DNA from: Marsupella aquatica
Taxonomy: Eukaryota; Plantae; Marchantiophyta
Length of the DNA: 64,000 bases
Reading direction: 5' to 3'
NCBI GenBank assembly: GCA_973895155.1
Contig: OZ316892.1
Span: 26,435,233 to 26,499,232, forward strand
The notes beneath the pieces are model-generated. The model was not told where the DNA came from, searched no databases, and worked only from the letters and a program-made list of their open reading frames with translations. Below, piece after piece: positions 12,783 to 25,199 of the stretch (position 1 is the first letter of the stretch; the number at the start of each line of letters is the position of its first letter). The translations under genes and the position numbers were made by a program.

Positions 12783-15275
12783 TCAATTCTTGCGCTTTGC
12801 ATTGATCTCCTCATTGTCGCCTGGACCGCTATCCTGCTCCAATATGTTTGAGGCCTTAACAATGTTATCCGAATCGTCTTCACTGTCCTCCTGCGTCTTC
12901 ATCTTCTGTGTCTTATCCCAAACCTCTCTGTCACTGTCCTCTTCGGCCATGTCCAGGACTCTCACGAACAATCCGTCGTGGATATCACATGATATATCAT
13001 AAGACGCAACATACTCATTTACGCACTGTACATAACGCGAGGTTTCGACTTGTCCTTCAGAGGGAGCCAAATTGTAGAGGCCGTGAAGCTTCCATGCAGG
13101 CCATCCTCTCCCGCTTGGCATTCCAAACACAGGTTCCTCAACACTGTCGTTGCCACCTTCAATTTCACCTCCCCACCTCCCCTTTGCATTCCACTGCCAT
13201 GTGACTCACCGTCTCCCTCTCCTCAGATTCCAGGCGGAGAATAATGCTGCAGCGTCGACCCGTAAAATTCGCTGAATGTTTTGCCACCAATCACCAGTCT
13301 TTCGATCTACTCGATCGAACGGAATTCTGGGAGAGAGAAAAGCGGGGCTCATAGCTGGTGTCTCCCGTTCCCCTATGACTCCACGATTCCCTCCTCCTCC
13401 CCGTAGACCATCAAAACTGATCTTAAGATTCAGCAACCAACACAGATCTTGGCGGCTGCGCGAAATTGTGGACTGTGCGCCTGAGCCTGAACGTGTTCCA
13501 TCATTCAAAATTGTCGAGACTATCACTTTCATTTCCGTCAACCTAGAGAGCTTGTTGAATGTCTCCGGCAACGACCTCACCCTTTAAAACAGCAAGTCAT
13601 GGTCGCTCCTCTCAATTACACTGAGTGATTGAAATATCTCTAAATGCCTAATGTGTTGTTAAGTAATCCGAAGACTTTCTACACATTGGAGAATGGCGAG
13701 TGCAAGCAACATAGGAATAATCTGAATCGTAAAATTACCTGATATGTGGCAATAAAATCCCTTTCAAAGGATCCGCCAGAAATTCGCCTCCACTTATCAA
13801 CACTACTATTTGGAGATGTTTGAGGACATGCAATACGTCGACCTGGATTTCTCAGCAATTCGTGCATCCAAATAATTCCTCCATCCTTAATGACCCAAAA
13901 TCCTCGCTCCAAATTCCGCCATCCTTTAGTTGGAGACCGCCAACATGCACTCCATATGTACTTTACAATGCTCAAGGGCCACCCAAACAACACAACTGCA
14001 GCATCCAAGAACATTTCTTGTTCTGAAGGTGCAAGAGCGTAGTAGCAGGGCCTTACCCTAAGTCGATCCATAATCAGGACCGCTAGCAACTTCTTCCGCA
14101 TTTTCCAGCTTGACAAGAAGATCGCTCCACAGGTTTTGGTCATCCACGTCCTCCGCACTCAAATAACTACCCAGGATTTTGAGACACAACGTGAAATTTC
14201 CGCATCTCAGTATCACTTGTTTAATAGAATCTCCAACGAATGATCAACGGCGTAATGATCAAAGAGTACACTTGATTCATGCGGGTTCAAGTATCCCACC
14301 GTAAATGTGTTTGATGGGGACCCAAGCCGAGAATCCGTTGTAGTCACAACTAGCCTACTGTTGCTCCCCTCCAGCCAGATTTCTCTACTCAAAGCATCTA
14401 GCTGGGACTGACTGCACATTGTCAAGAATGATCAAAACTTTCTGGCCCTTCAAGTAACGAGGTACATTGAAATGGTCATAATGTGATCCTTCGCCTTGTC
14501 GTTTCAACCCAATTTCAATCTTTCTCAAAACCTCTTCGCTGCTGTTTGAACTTGCTTCAAAATTGTCTAGATGTATGAAGCATGTGATTGCAAAGGTGTG
14601 CGAGATGTCATGGAAGACCTGTTGTGCTAACATGGTCTTCCCGATGCCACTGAGTCCGACAATGAAGATGGTCTATGTATTGGGCTCGACCAATATACGT
14701 CTGACCTTTCTTGTGCGACTATACAAGTCAACAACATACCCTCGACGACTAAGCGCATCAGCCTCATCTCCGGATCGAAGGATAGACTCTACATGTATCT
14801 AGAGTTGCATAATTGCTAGTCAGAAGCAAACAGTAACTCTTCTATCCTGAGCTCTGAGCAATATGCGGCTCACACTAAAAAATCTTGCCATATCTAGACC
14901 AGGCGACTATACGTGACTCGCATGCCTCGATTGGATTTCTCTACGAGTAAACGGATAAGAAATCTCCTCTCCAGGTCTCACACAATATTTTACCACCACA
15001 CAGTTAACGTCAATCTCTGTCCTGTCAACTATTTTCCCTCTCCCAATGCACACTTAAAGGCACGTCCACGAAGACAAATTGCATGATTTACAGGGACACA
15101 AGATATGATACCTGGCTGAGGAACTGCTGAAGAAATGAGACTGAAAGCACTTAGTTGATTGTTTCCCCTTTGGCTTGCATAAGTCAGAATGATTTGTATG
15201 AACAGAATAATACACACCCATGTTCCCCCTACTTGACTCTTCAGGAACCACATGAAGATATTTTCCGAGGAGTTT
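12783..15275 (-). pseudogene. Inverted, degenerate HNL paralog (exon 3, NB-ARC, LRR remnant, acidic tail)
   Basis: Minus-strand fragments VPEESSR..HTNHSDLCKP, GLSGIGKTMLAQQVFHDISH, REIWLEGSNSRLVVTTT, PCYYALAPSEQEMFLD, WMHELLRN, RSLPETFNKL and RVLDMAEEDS...AKRKN, in several frames. Intron 4 is joined directly to a late LRR at about 13585, and no hydrolase exon 2 is visible. Confidence 0.88.
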
Positions 15276-17544
15276 AGTAAAACAATTCTCACTGTGAGGC
15301 TACTAGCAACCAACATAGCTGGAATTACCAATTAACACTAGCAAGGTGGGGGACTATAATACTTGAAACAATGGATGAGCGAATCAATGGAGACATTTTC
15401 TCAAAAGGACTACCAAGCTAGTTTAATAAACCTTGGGGCAATCTAAGGGATCAGTGACCAAGAGTTGCGGAACTCGACTACCTTAACACTTAGTTCCGGC
15501 GTCGCTGACTCCGACGCCGAGTTCCCTTATGGTCCAGGCCCGGATAGGCCATCTGGGGAAGACTTAACATGGGGAGACTTGTGAGCAATGGGAAGTGGCA
15601 CTGGCGAAGGCAAGGCGCCAAGCTAGTGCCACACACTAAGAACCTTGGCTAGCTGAGAGCTGGTCGGGTCAAGGGGGAAATGGGTTGGGCTCAAGGTCGA
15701 CCGTCTGGACCCCGGACGGACTTTGAGTATGAGCTCCTCTTGGGCCCAAGGCCAATGGAGTTGATGCCATGGGCAACGGACGCTTGGGGCGCTAGTTATG
15801 GTCCGATCCGGGTTAAGGCAGTCCGGGGCCTCGAGCGACAATGAGACCTGAGGGCCTAGACATGAGCAATGGGTCGGCCCGATCACAATGGGCTAAGGCA
15901 CTCCGCTTGCGGATGCCTAACAAGAAAGTTATGGGCGTTGCCAATTGGTGGCGCGCCCATTATGCGCAATAGGATTCGGGTTGGAGGCCATATGTTTAGG
16001 GACCAAAGCTGGTCCGGGGGTGACAGGTCTCCAGAAGCATATATGAGGGGAGTGGTGTCTCCCTGGGGGCCAAGGGCAAGCCGAAGTCGTGAGTGGTGAT
16101 CGGACACTAAGGAAAAGCGTTAAACGGAAATGACGATATCTTCCCAATAGGGAGTCTGTTGGAAGACTTCTTGGGTGCGTTGGAAATATCTCAAGGAGGG
16201 CTACGTCCTCCTGATCTCAGCTTAGTCTGGGGGCGCCATAGGTTCTCAGGGTTGGCGGGTGTTAGCTCGCCCGCTTGCCAAATCCTGCCAAACAGCAGCC
16301 AAGCCGCGTTCAGTCTCCCAAGGGAGCTTGCGTTGGGGAGGCAAGGCCAAGTAGGCATGGAGGTTGAGTTCCAAGGGCGCTTGGCCCCTAGACCACCAGT
16401 GGAGCGATAACCGGGAGTTGGTTGCTAGAGTCGGGGTCATTCTGGTCCCGACGTGTTGGGACAAGCTTTAGGACAAGCTGCGCTATTTGGGCCATGAGCA
16501 TGTCCTGGGGACAGGGCGGTCGGTTGGTGATGGATAGGTACGAGGGGGGGACCCGGGCTGCACCCAAGGCAGGAGTTGTTCTGGAAGAACAGTGGGTGTT
16601 AGTTCTGGTCCCGGCTTATGGCATCGGGAGGACCTATTGCAGACCTACTTACCAAATGTCTGTTGAGCTTGAGTCAGGATGCTAGACTTGGGAGATCTAG
16701 ATCCTCATGGGTTACTTACCATATTGCTTGGTTGCTTGTGCAGACAATGAGGACCGTTGAGGGACGGTCGTGTTAGAGAGCAAGTGCGGCTTTGTATGGG
16801 AGGGGCCGTAGGTGGAGTTGAGGGCCCACCAAGTTGCTTGCTCGAGGAGTTTCGTGGAGGCGTTCGGGCACCAAGGGCACTTAGGCATGGGTGTTGGCTC
16901 GGGGGTCTCACTATATGGAGGACCCCCCCATCACCTGCGATGTTTTCATGCCTAGACCCCCATACTTATTAAGTTGAAATTTTTTTTTCCTCCCTCTTTC
17001 TTTCTTCTAAGAGTCTAAAATCCAAATTGTATTGCCCCTATAATTTGTGAAGTAAAGTGTCACATATCAATATAAAATGCCTAGAAAGAAAAGATAAGTC
17101 TATGTCAGTACCTTGCGAAGTCGTATGTCAGACATGGCACGCCCTGCAACAGTTCTTGCACCTTTGTCGACCTTAAACTTTGATCATTTCAATGCATCAT
17201 TTATATTGTGTACCTAAAAGGTCATCCCAATATAAACCTTACGTGCATAAGTGGGATGGCCTTTAAGGTCACAACATAAATAATCCATTCCACCCATTGA
17301 TCACCAATCCCATGCTCCATCCATACTCCATTTAAAACTTATGTTGAGAGATGTAACATGTGACGGAGGGGAATTGAACCCCTAATTGAGAAAGGATCTC
17401 AAGTTGCCAATCCGTCACCCCCTATCCTATCCCACTACACCCACTAATATTAACAAAATAAAACATATATACAAACTCTCAAAAACTAAACAACAAAATA
17501 AAACATATATACAGACTCTCAAAAACTAAACAGTAACATGATAT

Positions 17545-20500
17545 TCATACCATTGTTTGAAGATATTGATCCAAAGCACGTCTATCTATTGGATCCAACA
17601 CATAGATACGATCCATAACCCCTTCTTTCATGGTTAAACTAACACTAGCAATGACCATTTCAATATCCATCCATTTCAAATCAGTGGTATCATATCTGAA
17701 TTCACTTTTGCTCTTACCAATAGGACTATACCAATTTAACAACAGTTCACAAATGTTACCTGATTGCCCTGCAAGTGGAGTTGGCCTATCCATCAAATCA
17801 ATTGGTGACCGACAATTGCCCCACCTACTGCCATACTTCTGTCTCATTTGGACAATCCGACCCAACCAAAAATATTTCTTACCTGCTGAGATTGCCTCCA
17901 CCACAACCTTATTCTTTCCTCCCTTTCTTTTTCCAGATCTAGTACTTGGAGCAGGACTATCATCAGACTCAAATGCAATTGCACAATCAGTGCCAACATC
18001 AACAAAACATGAGTTAGGATTGACTTCTTGCACTTTTCTCTTGCCAGTACTATAGTATAGCACTTGTTTCACCCTTGTCAGCCTATCTTTTGACAAATGC
18101 GGATTTCCTACCAACTGGCTTACCAGAGTGGATTTGTAAATCACCTTGCCTTCATAAGTAACAGTAGGCACTACCTTGGTACGATTCTGTACATTAGTTA
18201 CAGCATGGACAACTGATCCAAACACATGCCGAACTTCATGACCTAATGTCTCAAGCTCATCTGAGGGGTCTACATCAAACTGTATATCATCTCTGTGTAC
18301 ATCATCTGAATGCATCTCAGGAACAACAATGGGATCTGGTTCTGTTAACCATGCATCTATTCTATTCAGATCATCCTCAGGATCTTCCAATTCATGAAAA
18401 TCTCCAGTTGGGCGAGGACCTATGTCTGGTGGTTGGTGCTCTACTTGCTCCTCAGAATCATTGCAAACAATTGCTTCCTTCAGAACCACCTCTAGTGGCC
18501 AGGTCTCACTTTCCACAACCCAAGGACATGTCCACCATCTCTTTCTAGCTGCTGGTAAGGAACTTTGTGGAGACATCTGCAATTGATGCATAAGATCCTT
18601 AGCAGCAACAAAACCTTCTTTAAGGGCTGCAACCACTAATTCATTAGTCTCAATGAGAGAATAGTCAAGTAGATTTGGTGCTTCCTCCCCTTCCCCTATA
18701 GGATGAATCTTCCCCCATACATGATCTTGTTTCTTATGTGAACGACCTATCTTCAAGCCTTCTGGTCCATATTCTAGGGCAGCAAGCCGGTTCAGTCCAA
18801 CAGCACTATCCAACAGAGAGCCAAAATCATAATTCCGCTCATGGCCACTCATGCCTCCTACCTTGCTGAAGAAAATCTCACAACAATCTGAACCTAGCAA
18901 GTGGAAGGGAACACCTAGATGTGGGAACTTATCTCGAAAGGCACAAATTAACAGCACAATGAAATGACATGACATGTTAACATCATGAAAAGCCTGAATA
19001 GACATCATGTCTTTCTCAGTGTGTGCTGCAAAGTTCCCACCCACTGAATGGTCACCAAACCTCAACCACAATCTCCACAAACGTAGAAAGAATGAAACCT
19101 TGGATGCTAACACAATACGGGACCTCAAATCATGAACTGGAGAAAAGAAAATATCTAAGTAATCTGCACAAATCTCCAAGTACAACTGAGTTCCTAAACT
19201 TCGTTCATGTTGTACATCTCTCCTCTCATACATATCTTTCAGACATTGCTGCACTCTTCTTGCTGCTATTCGTTGTGGACCTGCCCAATTCTGCCGGTCA
19301 GTCCTATTCACATCATCCCAAGCCATGCCATGTTCAAAATTGGATAATGATTGTAGACATTAGCTACATAAGATAAAGATGCATGTTGATCTCCTAGCAC
19401 TAGTAAAGAAGACACTCTGTCTAAGGGGTTTATCATCTTTTTCCCATTATGAGGTTGGTCTTGGTCACCAAAGCCATACAAATCTCCATTTGGTAGAATT
19501 GACACAGAGTATGTCCACCCTTCCCACCCAACTCCGTACCTTGGGTATGATCCATTCTGCCCTCTGTAATCTTCCAGCATCAGCTTTCGGCGACGTGCAT
19601 CACCATCACTAGCATGTCCAAGCAAAGGGCCTACCATAGCTCTACAATATTCATCCCAAAAAGCCTTTAACTGGACCCAATGCTCTCGTACCCAAGAAGC
19701 TGTGAACTTATTACAAGTTGGAAGTGCACACACAGCCAATTTAGGTAAGGACTCATGCAGAGGATTCACAATCACAACTCGGGCATACATGCACTTGGGG
19801 CATTGTTCAAATGTACTTACAATTTTATCATACCCCTCATCACCTTCACCTACTAGAATTTCCAAACCATAGGAGCATACATGCTGCTCTGAAGGTCCAC
19901 AGAAACCAATGAGAGTATCATACTTTGCCTCCCACCTGAAACACAGACATGCAATTTTTCAATATCACAGCAATTCCACCCAAGTGCTACTTGTAAAGTC
20001 ATTAAAAAAACAATTGGAAAAATGTCCAGTTCCAATTACCTAGGGCGTTCTTTGATCCTTGTTTCATCCTCAGCAAAGATAACAGGCACATCCCCCTCAA
20101 TGCCCAATGAGTGCTTTGCAGCAGACAACACTCTAGCAATCTCCTGAAAGGTTTCCTTCCGTAACCCGGTTCGAAAAGGTGTGAGTTTTGCTCTATCACG
20201 TTTTAGGGTCACAAGGCTAGGGGCTGTCAAGTTTCGTGCAAAACAATGAGCAACTTGACGGCCCCCAAATTGGAACATAGCCTGAGCAATAGCTCGAGTC
20301 CTATTACTGTAACGATTACCTTTTGGCTTCCTGCCTAAATTGCGAGCTACATCCTTCAAGAAATCCCACAAACCCTCCTTACCACCAAATGCACCATTCC
20401 TGTGTCCATTCAAAATACTCCTAAGAAACAATCTCAAATCCTTCCTGTCTGCTGCAACTCCTAACAACTCCTCTAGTTTTCGTTTCCTGGTGCTCAAGGC

Positions 20501-22120
20501 ACATACTTTCTGAGCCTGCAAAGCTAACAACCAACGCTCTTTTCGTCGCACAGAGTTCAGGTTGTGCACTTGATCTCTTAACTCTATGTTGGTCAAATAA
20601 TCCAAACGTATACCACCAGCAGTGGTTCGGCTCCCTCTGTGGACTACTGCTTCCGCTTCCCTGTGCACCCGTCCACGAAAATCATCTTCTAGTCTTATAG
20701 AATCACATTCACTACAAGTTAGATTTTCAAATCCTCCTCCATTCTGTGATAACCTCAAGCAATCCTTGTGTCTAAAACAGCCTGCTATACTCACAACACT
20801 CTCTCTACTTGGATGGAAAACATCCAAGCAACAACTTGGCTCACAATGCCATGTAATTCCCCCAGACTGATCATCTAAAATGCCAGAAATATCATAAGAT
20901 ATACCCTTCCATAACAGTCGAGGCACACCTCTCTCTACCCATAATCCCCAGCAAAGCAAACTCAGACCAAGATCAACAGATTCACACACACCTGAACCTG
21001 AACCTGAACTGCTGCCTGTCCGGGACCCATCATCTTTAAAGAACTTCAAAATCCCGCTCTGACCAGGATGTAGGTCCCTAGAATCAGTCCTCTTTGGCCT
21101 GCCCCTCTTCCCAGGCCTCAAGGCAAGCATTTTTGTGTCATGCCTAGTCTCCAATGCATCCAAGTGATCTCGACTCACTAAGTGTGTCCTCAAATTGGGC
21201 TCCAAGGTAAGCTTCTTGGGGCACAAGTCAGTGTGAAGCATTCCACAGACAGTACAGCGAACCTTAAACAGGAAAGACCTGTTTACATACTCAGGAGTAC
21301 TGGGATCAGGAACAATAGAGAATAGTTTGCCATCATCCCCAAGCTCAGCATTCAATCGCTGAACTATCTCAACACCTACTTTGATGGCGTCTGCATGATC
21401 ATATTCTGGCTTCTCAGAGATGTCTGCTACCTGAACCAAAGTAGAAGGAATGCCCCTTCTCCGACAATAGTTATCCTTGTGCTTATTGAAGACCAAGTGT
21501 TTGGTCTTAAAATTACTAAAGCAATTGGAGATGGATTTAGGGTTCTGAGAGTTGTCTGCATTGCCATAAGTTTCCCTACATTCAAGACACTCCAGATGCC
21601 CTCGAACATCTGTCCCCTCATCCCAGGTACGAATTCTCCAATTGTGATCACCATAACCCTTCTTATGTACCCATTTCTCTAACCTCATCCACTCATCTTT
21701 CCATAGCTTTGATGGGACATCTCCCATCAATTGTGACTCAAAAGAAGCCCTTACAGGGGAGGGTGCTAGTGCCGTTGGCCCCAGTTGTGGTGTCCCAGTA
21801 TTTGGACCCAATGATGCAGGAGTGCAAGGATGACAGGGTACTGGTGGGATCCTCCCACCATCTCCAAGTTCTTGTTGTACAACAATAACTCTTCCATCCA
21901 GCTCAGACAGATCAATTAATTTCTCATGTACAAGTTTCACTCGACCAGGAAGTCTCTCATCCCAAAAATCAAAGTCAAAGTCTAGAGTAGAGGCAATACG
22001 AGCCCTAAAATCATGTAGGGTGTGTCCTTCTTTGAATGACAAAACACAAATTGGTAAATCAGCCTTGTCATCCCCAACTTTGCGTATTAATTTAACAGAG
22101 TTGGGTTTAGGGGCTGCCAT
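17545..22120 (-). CDS. P-element-superfamily-like DDE transposase (~1490 aa reconstructed), one intron and one 1-nt frameshift
   Basis: Exon 22120-20040, GT-AG intron 20039-19936, then 19935-17545 with a frameshift near 19340. Motifs FAEDETRIK-RWEAKYDTLIGFCG, HASDGD, DQPHNGKKMINPL (DxxH), DRQNWA and LGSDCCEIFFSKVG resemble P/THAP9-type catalytic blocks. The N-terminus has two C2H2-like fingers and an AT-hook (KRGRPKR). Confidence 0.75.
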
Positions 22121-22615
22121 TGCAATACAAATCTAGAACATGCATAGCACCATTGCTTTTGGAGTTGATAACAGAAAGACCTGCACAAATACATTTGAAA
22201 TACACACAAGGGAAACACATTAGGATCTTCAAGAGATGCAATGACAACATACACATTCTCATGTAATGTACATAATGTCAGCATACATTTAACAATAGAA
22301 GTGCTAATAGGCCAAAACACTTTATAATGCAATCCATCATACATGCAAATGTATTCAGTGAAAATCATGATATATCGCTAAAGTTGGATAAAATATCTTT
22401 GGACAAAATATCCTTTTCGCCTGCTTTTCTAACAATTCCCGAAGTTTAGTGCTTCTGCTCATCAAAATACAGCACTATTAGTGACCTTAATTATGACAAA
22501 ATGTCAACACTAATAAAATTGGGTACTACCACCCATGATGCACCTTAAGTATGTGCCTTGCTCATACCCCACTAAGACGTTGAAACCTAAGTAATAGGTT
22601 TGTTCATTATTCAGA

Positions 22616-23290
22616 TCACTGGAGCCATGAAATGTGGTCCCTGATTGGAGTCTTGAGGTGTGGATCAATAGGATGACGGGGGCAATAAAACATCTGTCGC
22701 TGTTGTCCATGTGCTTCATGGTCCCAGATGTCCCTATCATGAGCGAACCCTTTGCTTTTGATCATCTGGAGACAATCTGTATGCCAGGCATTTGGACATC
22801 GTAGACATTGTACCATGTTCTTGACCATCTGACCCTCAAGACTCTGATAACATGTCACACATGTATGCAGTGGGCAGGACTTTGCATCAGCTACCAAACA
22901 CCCAAAGCAATAAAATCGTACACAAAAATGATCAGAGCATTTTCGCACAATTGTAGGTGACGGTCCCACAGTGCGGCACCCATAACACATGGCCTGGTCC
23001 TGGTTACAATTTGGGCAAAACCATGGCTTCCCTCCATGATGGAGGGGAAGGACTACACAGGGGCAAGAGTCATTAGGGGCTTCATCTCCAACCACATAAT
23101 GAAATTGCCTGTGACATGGCCCATCACAAATTACCAACTTCCCACCATGCTCACAAATTGCACAAACATGAGGGCTAGTTTGTAGAATCTCTTGCTCAGA
23201 GAACAACGGAATACGCAATACCTCTTCCAAAGAGGCTCCTCTGTCAGAGGACTGTGTTGCTTTCTTTATGTTTGAAGTCCTTGTCGGCAT
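22616..23290 (-). CDS. EDM2/NSD-type tandem PHD-finger protein (224 aa) inside the transposon
   Basis: CAICEHGGKLVICDGPCHRQFH...WFCPNC...CYGC...CPLHTCVTC...CLRCPNAWHTDCL...YCPRHPIDPHLKTPIRDHISW matches the order and spacing of the PHD cassette of Arabidopsis EDM2 as recalled (CAICDNGG...CPLHKC..C...CRRCPKSYH..C...YC..H.ID..L.TP.RDH). Confidence 0.8.
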   Translation of the reverse strand: MPTRTSNIKKATQSSDRGASLEEVLRIPLFSEQEILQTSPHVCAICEHGGKLVICDGPCHRQFHYVVGDEAPNDSCPCVVLPLHHGGKPWFCPNCNQDQAMCYGCRTVGPSPTIVRKCSDHFCVRFYCFGCLVADAKSCPLHTCVTCYQSLEGQMVKNMVQCLRCPNAWHTDCLQMIKSKGFAHDRDIWDHEAHGQQRQMFYCPRHPIDPHLKTPIRDHISWLQ

Positions 23291-23606
23291 GGTTCAACTG
23301 CAATCATCACAAAGCACATCACATATGAGGGGGACATGATGATAGTGAGCAATCCATAGACAAAGATAAGGTTAATCATAGCACCTGCTCCAATGATCTG
23401 CAAACCTCCCTCCCAGATGAAGTCAACTACACAGTGCAACCTGAACACCCACCAACCAAGACATACATAAATACAATGCCAGCTTGCAAAACTTTGCCAC
23501 ATAATGGGAATGAAAAATATTCTCATATATCATGGATGGTACAATTGCAGCCTTGCAAACAAAGGCCTAGTCATATATGAACAACGCATCCATGTACTAT
23601 CAGGGA

Positions 23607-24005
23607 CTACAATGTCAAGCATCCATGGGTTGTAACCTTAGCTTGATCTGGAATACTATCTGGGGCTACAATATCAAGCTCAGTTGAATGTGGAATACTA
23701 TCAGGGACTACAATGTCAAGCGTGTCCGGGATGACAATCTTGCGTAAAAGACACTCATTTTGAGGCCAAATGGTTGGCCTTATACAAGAGCACTTCCAAC
23801 GACGTGTGACAACTTTGCCATGCTTTCCCATGTATGTCCTAGTAACAAGCCTTCCACGCATTTTCAAGCAGAAGCAATGGAACCATTCAAAATTCCCATC
23901 ACCAACCCTGCACTTGACACAAGGTTCACACCAACAGCATTCATCTGGATGCTGCAGAAGGAGCTTCTCATAATTCGCTTCTAATGTAATGCCCAATATA
24001 GCCAT
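23607..24005 (-). CDS. Cys-rich, PHD-like ORF (ING-type EWFHxxC...WxC) inside the transposon
   Basis: CCWCEPCVKC...EWFHCFCL...RWKCSC, followed by a short repeat (DIVxPDSIP). May be an exon of a larger gene. Confidence 0.45.
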   Translation of the reverse strand: MAILGITLEANYEKLLLQHPDECCWCEPCVKCRVGDGNFEWFHCFCLKMRGRLVTRTYMGKHGKVVTRRWKCSCIRPTIWPQNECLLRKIVIPDTLDIVVPDSIPHSTELDIVAPDSIPDQAKVTTHGCLTL

Positions 24006-24849
24006 GGCACTATTTTTTTATACTCGGTGAATGGCCAGACGATTAGACGTGCAATGACAGGCAACTTACAATTCACTAGGTACACTATGTGTTCTAGCAA
24101 ACTGCTTCACCGCAAGTGTTGGTGCTCACTGCTGCAAGCGCTGATGACAACCTCTACAATTCCTTTTGCAACCTGTGAACAAAATTGAAACCACCATTCA
24201 ATTTCTAAGTTTCAAAAACTTCCCATTACATGAAGACAACCAATTGGCCATGCATGTTACTACAGCAATAAAATAATAACCCAATCGCTCAACAGACCTG
24301 AATAGCTAACCTGAATAGGATCAAGTTCAGAATCCAGAATGGTAATGCCCTTGCCCAGAAGCTTGAGAAACAAAAGAGAATTTAAAATCAAGCACGAGCG
24401 TCATCCACGTCTTGACCAGGCCCGCCACCCAGTATGGCTGGAGGCTGTGGTCCCCCCTGGCTGAGTAAACACTTAAAGAAGTCTTCTCTTCTAGATGACT
24501 TAAAGAAAATTGCAGGAACCAGCCAACGGGACACCAAGGCATGTAATAGAGAACCAGATTTGTGCGGGTGTGTGGGGGACGACAGAAGTCAAGTTACAAG
24601 ATTTTTTTCCTGGGGTCCAGCCCACGGATGGAGATCATGTAAGGTGGTCAATCATGGCAAGTGCAATCATTGGAGACCTGTACTCGCGGTTACTCTAACG
24701 ATGCATCCAAAAAACATGTGCGTCAAGTTGTCAATGCGGACACAGAAGGAGAGATGAGTATGGACAACGTCGAGACAAATGATGACAATACTGAGCTAGT
24801 ATTCGGCTGGGAAGTTGGAGCTGGATCTCAGCAGTGGCTCCAAACCTTA

Positions 24850-24959
24850 TCTGCGAGGGCATGGCGAGCTCTGGAGGACAAAATACTCAAAGAGCTTATC
24901 GCCATTCACGGAGCTCAGAACAGGAATTTTATAGCTGAAAAGCTAAACGGGCAGATCAG
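24850..24959 (+). pseudogene. Captured fragment of an R2R3-MYB first exon
   Basis: Translates as AWRALEDKILKELIAIHGAQNRNFIAEKLNG. After a 1-nt shift it reads RS-G|GT, matching the MYB R2 repeat WRxxEDxKLKELVxxYGPQNWNxIAEKLxGRSG and its usual intron position. Confidence 0.65.
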
Positions 24960-25199
24960 GTGCTTCTCGTCTATGACCGCTACCAGATCGACTCTAGGTG
25001 TGCCATGCGTGATAGATTTGGGCGTCAAATAGTAGCAAGCAAGCAAGTATGATTGTCAAAGTAGGCAGCGCCTACCTCCCGATTGAGCAACGCAGCAATG
25101 CAGCTCCAATCCTGGCACTCCGGTTTGAGATATTGCAACACTCCCTGCAGTAGCCACCTCCCGTTTCAGCAAGCTAGCAGCTCCCGTTTTAGAAAGCAG

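Noticed and set aside
17452-17532. 40-bp tandem duplication downstream of the transposase stop
   Set aside because: Simple local slippage with no evident function.
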